Shown here one piece after another: positions 26,146-37,896 of a stretch of 64,000 nucleotides of DNA. Source of the DNA: Candidatus Parcubacteria bacterium. GTDB lineage: Bacteria > Patescibacteriota > Minisyncoccia > JACPXH01. Below the pieces are notes generated by a model, which did no database searches, had not been told where the DNA came from, and saw only the letters and a list, made by a program, of their open reading frames with translations. The position numbers and the translations under genes were made by a program. The DNA is taken from NCBI GenBank assembly GCA_016196625.1, contig JACPXH010000007.1, forward strand, positions 150,461-214,460. The letters run 5' to 3'. Positions within the stretch are counted from its first letter, which is position 1, and the number at the start of each line of letters is the position of its first letter.

Positions 26146-29100
26146 TTGCGAACTCTAATGCAAAAAATCACGCCATATCTTCTTGCTGGCTTGGTGTCGG
26201 TGGTTTTCGTTTTTGCGTTTGCGCTGACTGGAGCGACGCAGGTCGCAGCGGCGACGAATTGCGCGGCTGTGCCGGGCTATACCCTTTCGACCGCAGCCTT
26301 GTGCACGACGACTACCGTAACTCTCTCCGGCACGACTGCCACCATCACCTCCTCAACCGTGCGTCAGGATGCGTCGGGCACTGAGCAGGGCTTGCCGCCC
26401 TCAAACTGGGGCATTGCGAGCGACATTCGGGTGTTTATTGATGATAGGTATTACTGCGGCAGCTCAACCCACACGGTTAGCTGTTTCGTGGCCAATCTTT
26501 CTGGCGGTCCCCATCAATTCAAAACAATCTGGACGGGTAGCGCATCCAGTCAGAGCATATCCACCACCAACTACGATAGCTTCACGATTGCGCTCCCCAA
26601 CCTGACGGTAAGTTCCATTACTCCTATAGGCACGCCCACCGTAAATCAGTCATTCGCCATTCAAGCGGTCATCACGAATAACGGTACCGCATCGGCAGCA
26701 TCGTCGTGGGCGCAAACCGCAATCGGCGTACAAGGCAGTTCGAACGCTACGATCAGTGGCTTTACCACGCCTGCGCTTGCGGCCGGCAGTTCCTACACGG
26801 CAACATTTTCATACACGCCCGCTATTGCCGGCACATACGCGATCAACGTGTGCGCGGATGTGGGCGGCAGTGTGGCCGAGTCAAATGAAGACCCCTATAC
26901 CGATAACTGTAAAACCGTCCCGGTAACCGTTTCAGCGCCCGCCGTTACCTCCGTGACCGCCGACCTCAAAAGCAACGGCGCGGATGGGCCGCTGACTATC
27001 GGCTACCGTCAGTCAGTGCCGCTCTCTTGGATAAGCACGAACGCGACCGGTTGTTCTATTCTCATACCGGGCCTGAACTCGGTCTCCGGCGGGCCAAGCG
27101 GCTTTATGACTGCTGGACCTCTTGAATCATCCGGGGTAGTTGTGCTCACTTGTACGAACGCGAGTGGCGCAAACGGATCAGACACGCTCACCGTCAACGT
27201 AAGTCCGGCGCCCACGCCTTCAATTTCCAATGTGTTTGCCGCGCCCAGTACCTTCACGCGGGGCGATTATCTTACGATCACGATTGTGGGCGAAGAATTC
27301 GGCGCCACACCCGGCGTGCTCGAAGAGATGACCGGTTATGGCGGCACGGTTAAAAATAGTTATGTCCGCGGCGAGTACAACAGATGGGAGTTGACGTGGA
27401 GCAATACGCAAATCAGCGTACGGATTTTCCCCTCGGTTACGCAAGATTACGCGCTGGGGCCGCGGACGGTTTACGTGCGGGTTGCAAACCAGTTTAATCA
27501 ACGCAGTACCGTGCAACCAGTTACCGCAACCGTAAATCCGGGCTCTACCAGCGCTCTCGCTCCCACCCTGACCGAAGTGTACGTGAACCCACGTCCCGGC
27601 ATCCGCGGGCAAACAGCCACCGCATTTTTCAACGGTGTGCTCAACGCCGACTCCTGCACCTTTCAATATAAGGGTACCGGGGAGGCGGCGTGGGGCAACG
27701 CTACCACTGGCAGTTGCACCACCGGCGTTACCTTCACCGTGCCGGCAGATCTGCCGCGGGGTCTCTATTTGCTTCAGGGTAGGGCCTGTCGGAATGACGG
27801 CACCTGCTCGGAATATCGTCAGATGGTGGGCGAGTGGCAGATCAATCCGTCTCCGACTGAACCGGCCGTAACTTCCGGCCGAGCTGTCATTGACGGATTT
27901 CGCGTCATCACTCCGGACACCCTTTTGATCCCCGCAAGCACGAGCGCCGCTCCCACGACCAATGTTCATTTGACCGCCACATTGCGCCAAGCCTTGACCG
28001 TTTCGCTCTACTATCCATGTCGTGCGGGCTTCAACATTTTGACCGCGGCCAATGTGCAGCTTGCCTGCAATGACGAAACGACCAACACCTTCCCGCTTTC
28101 GAACGACTCGGGCGGGTTTCGGACCGCGGAGCCGATTGTGCTTGTCAGCAACGCCGTGGCCGGCGGCGGCACCATTGAGCTGCGGCTCAACGCCATCGGT
28201 CTCGACGGCGTCAGAGTCTCCCGATCCGTAACGTTCACGTTGGCAGGAGGGACGGCTGCTACGCCAATTCCGTCTCCAATTCCGTCTCCAACCTCGCCCA
28301 CCCCCTCCATCTTCAACACTTTCGCTGCTCCCTCAACCGTGGCCCAGGGCGACTACCTCACGATCACTCTCACCGGAGATAACTTCGGCGCAAACCCCGG
28401 CGTACTTGAAGAGATGACCGGTTACGGCGGCACGGTTAAAAATAGTTATGTCCGCGGCGAGTACAATCGTTGGGATCTCACCTGGACCAACACCCAGATC
28501 GCGTTCCGACTTTACCCGTCAGTCACCCAGACTTACACCACCGGTTCCCACACTCTCTATCTGCGGGTGACGAACTCGTTCAACCGGCAGAGCAATGTGG
28601 TTTCGGTGTCGGCAACTGTGACCGGAGGGACGGCTACCAATTCTCAATCGCAAACCCAAAGCCAAACGCAATCCCAGTCGCAAACGCCACCTCTCCAGAG
28701 TTCCGTGCGGCCGCTGGTCCGGGCGCAAAGCGACACGCGGGTGTTCGCCATTGTCAACAATCAACGGTTCTGGATTCCTGACACCCAGACCTTTGAGGCC
28801 GCGGGGTATCGGTGGAGCGATGTACGAGTGGTGTCAGACGTACAGGTTGGTCAGTACGCTCGGCTGCGCCTGGTGCGCGCGGGGTCTGATTCGGCGGTGT
28901 ATTACATTACGGAATCAGGCTTGAAACGTTTAATTCCCAGCCCGGCCGTGTTCGCGTCATACGGCAACCGCTGGGAGGACGTTGTGTCCATCAGTCAAGT
29001 AGAGTTGGCCGCGTATCAAAGCGTTGCATTCATTCACCGGGGAGATGGGCGAGTGTACAAAATCGAAAACGGCGTTAAGCGTTGGGTGAAAACCGAGGAG

Positions 29101-29193
29101 GCTTTCCGGCGCCTCGGCGGCCGGTGGGACCAGATTGCGCCGGTCAACCAAACCGAGTTTGAGAGCTACCCGCTTGGAGCTGATATCGAGTAG
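26146..29193 (+). CDS. Large secreted/cell-surface protein (1015 aa) with a signal peptide, internally duplicated ~105-aa domains and a (SQ/TQ)n low-complexity tract
   Basis: Hydrophobic N-terminus. Duplicated segment NVFAAPSTFTRGDYLTITIVGEEFGATPGVLEEMTGYGGTVKNSYVRGEYNRWELTW... versus NTFAAPSTVAQGDYLTITLTGDNFGANPGVLEEMTGYGGTVKNSYVRGEYNRWDLTW.... The tract is SQSQTQSQTQSQSQ. Confidence 0.7.
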   Translation: MRTLMQKITPYLLAGLVSVVFVFAFALTGATQVAAATNCAAVPGYTLSTAALCTTTTVTLSGTTATITSSTVRQDASGTEQGLPPSNWGIASDIRVFIDDRYYCGSSTHTVSCFVANLSGGPHQFKTIWTGSASSQSISTTNYDSFTIALPNLTVSSITPIGTPTVNQSFAIQAVITNNGTASAASSWAQTAIGVQGSSNATISGFTTPALAAGSSYTATFSYTPAIAGTYAINVCADVGGSVAESNEDPYTDNCKTVPVTVSAPAVTSVTADLKSNGADGPLTIGYRQSVPLSWISTNATGCSILIPGLNSVSGGPSGFMTAGPLESSGVVVLTCTNASGANGSDTLTVNVSPAPTPSISNVFAAPSTFTRGDYLTITIVGEEFGATPGVLEEMTGYGGTVKNSYVRGEYNRWELTWSNTQISVRIFPSVTQDYALGPRTVYVRVANQFNQRSTVQPVTATVNPGSTSALAPTLTEVYVNPRPGIRGQTATAFFNGVLNADSCTFQYKGTGEAAWGNATTGSCTTGVTFTVPADLPRGLYLLQGRACRNDGTCSEYRQMVGEWQINPSPTEPAVTSGRAVIDGFRVITPDTLLIPASTSAAPTTNVHLTATLRQALTVSLYYPCRAGFNILTAANVQLACNDETTNTFPLSNDSGGFRTAEPIVLVSNAVAGGGTIELRLNAIGLDGVRVSRSVTFTLAGGTAATPIPSPIPSPTSPTPSIFNTFAAPSTVAQGDYLTITLTGDNFGANPGVLEEMTGYGGTVKNSYVRGEYNRWDLTWTNTQIAFRLYPSVTQTYTTGSHTLYLRVTNSFNRQSNVVSVSATVTGGTATNSQSQTQSQTQSQSQTPPLQSSVRPLVRAQSDTRVFAIVNNQRFWIPDTQTFEAAGYRWSDVRVVSDVQVGQYARLRLVRAGSDSAVYYITESGLKRLIPSPAVFASYGNRWEDVVSISQVELAAYQSVAFIHRGDGRVYKIENGVKRWVKTEEAFRRLGGRWDQIAPVNQTEFESYPLGADIE

Positions 29194-29265
29194 CCACGGT
29201 TGATCCGGTCGGAGGGTTCAAGCGGAAACGATTGCGCCGCGGCAGCGGCGTGGTAGCATGATGTC

Positions 29266-29661
29266 ATGAACGGAGACGATCTCAAGAAAATCAAGCGAGC
29301 GGTTGGGGAAGTGGTCGAGCCGTACTTTACGGCTATTCAGGCCGACTTCAACCGGATAGACGAGCGATTTGATCGGCTTACGGATGACGTCAAAGATATT
29401 CAGGTTCGGCTGGCTTCCCTGGAGCGGCGAGTTATAGCCATTGAAGATATTCTCACCGAGCACGGTCAACTTCTGCGCAGCCACGATCAACTTCTCAAGA
29501 GCTACGATCGACTTCTGAAAAGTCACGATCGCGAGCTCAAGGCGATTAAAAAAGTGCTCATCGAGATTAAACACAATCAAGACAAGGACCACGGTCGCCT
29601 TGCCGAGCTAGAACATCGGGTGTTCCGTCTTGAGACAAAGGTTTACGGAAGGGTTTCTTAA
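29266..29661 (+). CDS. Hypothetical coiled-coil protein with short tandem repeats
   Basis: Heptad-like repeats HGQLLRSHDQLLKSYDRLLKSHDRELKA, encoded by DNA repeats CACGATCAACTTCT. Confidence 0.45.
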   Translation: MNGDDLKKIKRAVGEVVEPYFTAIQADFNRIDERFDRLTDDVKDIQVRLASLERRVIAIEDILTEHGQLLRSHDQLLKSYDRLLKSHDRELKAIKKVLIEIKHNQDKDHGRLAELEHRVFRLETKVYGRVS

Positions 29662-29713
29662 GTATTTTCTTCTTTTTGCATTTTACATAGTCATTTTGAA
29701 TTTTTCATTTATT

Positions 29714-31798
29714 ATGTCCCATCCCGATCTCATCCAATACATCCGCGACATGGTGCGGGAGGGGAGGAGTTGGTCCGAGGTAAAAGACGCGTTGGTCAAA
29801 GAAGGCTGGGCGGACGAGGATATCCGGCACGGCTTGGCCGAATACGCAACGCAGGAAGCGTTTGAGCTGCGCAAAGACGTTTCGAATATCAAATCCGAGT
29901 TCAAGGATCTCGTGCGCGAGTTGAAGCAGAGTATTACTGAAGAACTGCGCGAGCAAGGAGCGTCCGGCGGCGCGGGCGCCGCGGCGCCCGCGCCGCCTCC
30001 GTACCAAACCGTTCCTTCTGGCGCCACCCGGGAGGCGCCCGCACCGCCCCCCTATAGGGGCGAATCCTCGGGCTCCCAGCCGTACCGACCGTCCGCACTA
30101 AAAGCGGAAACCCAGAAACCCTTTGCTTCCCGCGACCTTGAAGCGCGCATCGGCGGCCAGTGGTTTGCGCGCATCGGCATCGTGGCCATGCTCATCGGGT
30201 TTGCCACGTTCTTCGCCTACGCGGTCAACCAAGGGTGGATCAACGAGCCGATGCGCGTGGTGATCGGCGTGGCTTGCGGCGCACTGGCTTTGGTTCTCGG
30301 CGAGATGTGGCGCGAGCGCTACCCCACCTACAGCCAGATTCTCACCGGCGGCGGACTTGCGCTTGAGTATTTCTCTTTTTACGCCGCGTTCAGTTTCTAC
30401 GGCCTCATTCCGTTTCCGGTGGCGTTTCTGATTTTTACGGCGATTACGGCTTCAGGCGGATGGCTGGCGCTACGGGCAAATGCGGTCGGGGTCGCCATCA
30501 TTGCTATTTTGGGCGGATTTTCAACTCCGATTTTCCTTGGCTGGGATAAAAACCAAATCGGCTTATACTTCACGTACTTTGCAATTCTTGATTTGGGGGT
30601 GCTGGGGCTGGCCGCGCTGCGGCCATGGCGGGCACTCAACCTGTTGAGTTTCATTGCCACGCTTGTCTGGATGCTCAGTTGGTACGGCGGGTTTTATGCA
30701 AGCGCGGATCTGCCGCTGTTTATGGCGTTTCTCACGCTTTTCTTTGTAATTTTCACCTTAGCAGGTATTGCCCATCATGTTATCCGGCGCGAGCGCGAAG
30801 AAGGATTTGATCTGGCCTTGCTTTTGCTTTCGGCCGCGTTTTACTTCCTCCTCGGGCATACGGTCTTAAAGCCGGAGTTTGGCGACTTCCTCGGTCTTTT
30901 TGCCGCGGGACTCGCAGGGCTGTATCTGTTTCTCGCGCTGCTTGTGCGCTCGATACATCCTAAAGGAAGCAAGGTTACGTGGACGCTCGTTGCGCTCGCC
31001 ATTGCCTTCCTCACGATTGCAGTCCCGCTGCAATTTGACGGCCGTCCCATTACGCTCGCGTGGGCAGCCGAGGCGGCGGTATTGGTGTTTGCAGGTTTTC
31101 AGGTGGCGAGTTCACGGCTGCGGATCGCAGGGGTGATTTTACTTACGCTCGTCGCGCTGCGGCTGTTTGCCACTGAATACGAAATCGATCTGCAAAATTT
31201 CGTGCCGGTGGCGAACGGCCGCTTCCTCACGTACGCCTTCGCCATTGCGGCAATGTTTGCCGTTGCCTGGCGCTACAAAGTAGCGTGGGCGACAGTGGAC
31301 AAGCAGGAACGGTTCCTTGTGCCTACGCTGGCGCTCGCGGCAAATTTCTTTGCGCTTTACATTTTGAGTGCCGAGGCGATTGCGTATTTCGATAGCGAGA
31401 TTATTCGTTCACATTCACCTTCCCTGTGCACCACGGGCATCCCCCCATACTGTTTATCAACTGCGAAAGCTGATGCGGTTGGCATCCAGAGCGCGAAGAA
31501 CCTCTCGCTCTCCGTCATCTGGGGCTTGTATTCAATCGGCATGCTCGTCTCCGGCATCATCCGGCGGTTCCAGCCGGTGCGGTTGGCAGCGATCGCTCTG
31601 TTCTGGGTTACGATTTTCAAGGTGTTCTTATATAATTCATCGAATCTTGAGACGCCGTACCGCATCGTTGCCTTCATCGGCCTCGGGGCCTTGCTTTTGG
31701 TAACCGCATACTTCTACAATCGCTACAAGGATCGCATCAACGAGTTTATCTTGCACAGGGATTATGCCGGAGTAACCCCATCCGCGTCCTCCCCTTGA
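29714..31798 (+). CDS. Multi-pass membrane protein with an N-terminal ~45-aa cytoplasmic module and a Pro-rich linker
   Basis: N-terminus MSHPDLIQYIRDMVREGRSWSEVKDALVKEGWADEDIRHGLAEY is paralogous to the N-termini of the proteins at 51789 and 53533. More than 10 predicted TM helices. Confidence 0.65.
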   Translation: MSHPDLIQYIRDMVREGRSWSEVKDALVKEGWADEDIRHGLAEYATQEAFELRKDVSNIKSEFKDLVRELKQSITEELREQGASGGAGAAAPAPPPYQTVPSGATREAPAPPPYRGESSGSQPYRPSALKAETQKPFASRDLEARIGGQWFARIGIVAMLIGFATFFAYAVNQGWINEPMRVVIGVACGALALVLGEMWRERYPTYSQILTGGGLALEYFSFYAAFSFYGLIPFPVAFLIFTAITASGGWLALRANAVGVAIIAILGGFSTPIFLGWDKNQIGLYFTYFAILDLGVLGLAALRPWRALNLLSFIATLVWMLSWYGGFYASADLPLFMAFLTLFFVIFTLAGIAHHVIRREREEGFDLALLLLSAAFYFLLGHTVLKPEFGDFLGLFAAGLAGLYLFLALLVRSIHPKGSKVTWTLVALAIAFLTIAVPLQFDGRPITLAWAAEAAVLVFAGFQVASSRLRIAGVILLTLVALRLFATEYEIDLQNFVPVANGRFLTYAFAIAAMFAVAWRYKVAWATVDKQERFLVPTLALAANFFALYILSAEAIAYFDSEIIRSHSPSLCTTGIPPYCLSTAKADAVGIQSAKNLSLSVIWGLYSIGMLVSGIIRRFQPVRLAAIALFWVTIFKVFLYNSSNLETPYRIVAFIGLGALLLVTAYFYNRYKDRINEFILHRDYAGVTPSASSP

Positions 31799-31824
31799 AA
31801 AGTGGAGGGGTCGAGCAAGCCTTT

Positions 31825-32298
31825 ATGTCGCCAAGCAAAGCCCGAGAGACATTTCTGTATTTGCTTATGTTTGTCTCGCTCGCCATAACAGCAATGGCGG
31901 TGGGCGGGGCGTATTTCAATGTTATTGATGCCTATATTCAAGATCCGCTTGACTACGCGGGGCCGTACCGGTTTGAGTCGTTGCGCTGGCAGCTCTCCGC
32001 CATTATCGTGGCTTCCCCCGTGTTTTTATTTGTGACGCGAGCGGTCAGGCGTCTCGTGGCGCGCGAACCGGACCTGCGCCGGTCGGGCATTCGCAAGTGG
32101 ATTACGTATTTGGCGCTCTTCATTGCCGCAGCCGTCATACTGGGAGATTTAATTAACGTGCTCGCGAAGTTTTTCGGGGGAGAGCTCACGCCGCGGTTTA
32201 TATGGAAGTCAATTACCGTGCTCATGGTTTCGGGTTTGGTGTTTGGGTACTACTTTCTTGAAATGCGTCAGGATGATCCTGTAACCTCTAGCGTATAG
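31825..32298 (+). CDS. Small membrane protein (DUF5671-like, tentative)
   Basis: Four predicted TM segments. Start at ATG 31825 (MSPSKARETF); the TTG at 31795 is an alternative. Confidence 0.45.
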   Translation: MSPSKARETFLYLLMFVSLAITAMAVGGAYFNVIDAYIQDPLDYAGPYRFESLRWQLSAIIVASPVFLFVTRAVRRLVAREPDLRRSGIRKWITYLALFIAAAVILGDLINVLAKFFGGELTPRFIWKSITVLMVSGLVFGYYFLEMRQDDPVTSSV

Positions 32299-32371
32299 CT
32301 GTTGGTTTTTAGGTTTCGGTCAGGCAGAGTGGAAACTAAAAGCTAGAAGCCAAAAGCTAACAACTCGCCCC

Positions 32372-32848
32372 ATGGCTCCCTACCAACGTTTAATCTCGTG
32401 GACTGGCGCGGCGCTCGTGCTTGGCGCGCTTGGGCTCGGCTTTGTCGTGGCCGGCTCGCCCCAGCGGGCGCGCGACTTCCGGGCGGATGAGGAACGCCTC
32501 CAAAACCTCCAGCAGATTGTGAGCAGCATCCAGAGCTACTACGATGACAAAGGCTCTCTGCCCGCCACACTTGAGACATTGCTGGCGGCTGGTCGGCTCT
32601 TTGGGGGAGAGGCGGTCCGGCATGACCCCATTACCAAAGAAGCATACGACTACCGGATAGCAGGGGCGAAGACTTTTGAGCTGTGCGCTACGTTTGTCCT
32701 GTCGTCTAAAGATGGCCGGGGAAGGGAGCTGCGGGCTATTCCCGTGGGGCCCGGGAAAACAGGTTTTGTGAACTGGGATCATCCAGCCGGCCGCCACTGT
32801 TTCTCGATCGAAGTGTCTGAATCTGGCAAACCGAACCGTGAGCAGTGA
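32372..32848 (+). CDS. Hypothetical protein with an N-terminal TM helix followed by a pseudopilin-like segment
   Basis: ISWTGAALVLGALGLGFVVAG, then RARDFRADEERLQNLQQIVSSIQSYYDDKGSLPATLETL. This resembles the conserved post-helix region of type IV pilins/pseudopilins but lacks a canonical prepilin cleavage motif. Confidence 0.45.
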   Translation: MAPYQRLISWTGAALVLGALGLGFVVAGSPQRARDFRADEERLQNLQQIVSSIQSYYDDKGSLPATLETLLAAGRLFGGEAVRHDPITKEAYDYRIAGAKTFELCATFVLSSKDGRGRELRAIPVGPGKTGFVNWDHPAGRHCFSIEVSESGKPNREQ

Positions 32849-33189
32849 GTGCGTTCTTTGACCTTTGCATCGAGGAGGGATCGCTATGGCGAAGGATACG
32901 TGGGGGGCGTGGGGTCGGCCCGCTGTCGTTCAGGCGGCGTCAAACTCCGCCGCTAATCCGAGCCGACTCACCGCCAGACCTTGGTTCATTTTCAGTGTCG
33001 TGATTGGCGTAATCCTGTATGTCGGGGGTTGCAGCATCGGCCTTTTCTTGGCCATTCGAGCAGCCCAAGGTTAGGCAGCGTTCCCCCGACAGTTTATGAG
33101 GCCGCGAGTCATCAGGCTCGCGGCTTTCCCGTTTTGGCTTGCCAGCGGCGAACCGCATGCCCTCGGGCAGCGGTTCTTTTTTACACCTC

Positions 33190-33217
33190 TTGACACGTCC
33201 GTTTGCATCCCTACAAT
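33190..33217 (+). promoter_or_regulatory. Sigma-70-type promoter of groESL
   Basis: TTGACA (33190-33195), 16-bp spacer, TACAAT (33212-33217). Confidence 0.55.
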
Positions 33218-33227
33218 AGGGGGGTGC

Positions 33228-33252
33228 TGGCACTCTGTCAGTCGGAGTGCTA
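33228..33252 (+). promoter_or_regulatory. CIRCE element (HrcA operator)
   Basis: TGGCACTC-N9-GAGTGCTA. This matches the CIRCE consensus TTAGCACTC-N9-GAGTGCTAA at 7 of 9 positions in the left arm and 8 of 9 in the right arm. Confidence 0.75.
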
Positions 33253-33328
33253 CCTAGTCTTAGGGCAGACCTAGACCCAGCATCAACAACTGCGAACTGC
33301 AACTAATAACTTTTAACCAAGAACCGTT

Positions 33329-33625
33329 ATGTCCGTCAAACTCAAACCGTTGGGAGACCGGGTCGTGATTGAACCCATTACGCCCGAAGAGAAGACGAAA
33401 TCTGGTATCGTGCTGCCTGCCACGGCCGACAAAGAGCGGCCCGAGCAGGGCAAGATTATTGCCGTGGGTCCGGGTCGCATGACCGACGAAGGCAAACTCA
33501 TCCCGTGTCGCGTCAAGAAAGGCGATCGGGTGCTGTTTACCAAATATGGTCCCAACGAAGTCAAAGTGGACCGCAAAGAGTATCTGATTGCGAAAGAAGA
33601 GGATATTCTTGCAATCTTGGAGTAA
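33329..33625 (+). CDS. groES: Co-chaperonin GroES
   Basis: 98 aa with the canonical GroES sequence (KPLGDRVVIEP...GIVLPATA...GKIIAVGPG). Confidence 0.9.
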   Translation: MSVKLKPLGDRVVIEPITPEEKTKSGIVLPATADKERPEQGKIIAVGPGRMTDEGKLIPCRVKKGDRVLFTKYGPNEVKVDRKEYLIAKEEDILAILE

Positions 33626-33632
33626 AAGGTTG

Positions 33633-33736
33633 GAAGTTCAAAGCCCAAATGACAAATCAAGCTCAAAACCCAAAACGCTTTGAACTTTAAGCTTTGGATT
33701 TGATTTGAAATTTGGATTTTGTCATTTGTCATTTAA
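33633..33736. repeat. CAAAT / TTCAAA word-repeat hairpin element (family copy 3) between groES and groEL
   Basis: AAGTTCAAAGCCCAAATGACAAATCAAGCTCAAAACCCAAAAC ... TTTGAACTTTAAGCTTTGGATTTGATTTGAAATTTGGATTTTGTCATTTGTCATTT. Confidence 0.5.
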
Positions 33737-35386
<1,650 letters not shown>

Positions 35387-35402
35387 AGGTAAAACAGAGG
35401 AG

Positions 35403-35443
35403 AAAAAAGCTGCCGGACATCATCCGGCAGCTTTTGTTTTTTT
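35403..35443 (+). terminator. Intrinsic terminator after groEL
   Basis: Stem GCTGCCGGA / TCCGGCAGC with loop CATCA, followed by TTTTGTTTTTTT. Confidence 0.7.
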
Positions 35444-35669
35444 GAAAACTTGAAACTTTTCTGAAAGTGGGTTTCTGTAAACAGACAGGGATAAGCCATG
35501 TGTGAAATGAAAAACATCCTGTTGATAACTAAACTATTTTTGCACTCTTGCGGACGCGATAAATAGTGTAAAATTAGGAGTAGCGGTGTGCGCGAGTAAT
35601 ACATTTTGGCCGCCTCGTAAATTTTATCCGCCTTCGCAGAAAACCGTGGGCGTAAGCCCGCGGAACTTC

Positions 35670-37832
<2,163 letters not shown>

Positions 37833-37896
37833 ATTGGCAGTGTGTCAGGGTCAAATTCAAAGAGTACTTAATCGTTCCTGAAGGGCTACCGAAGTT

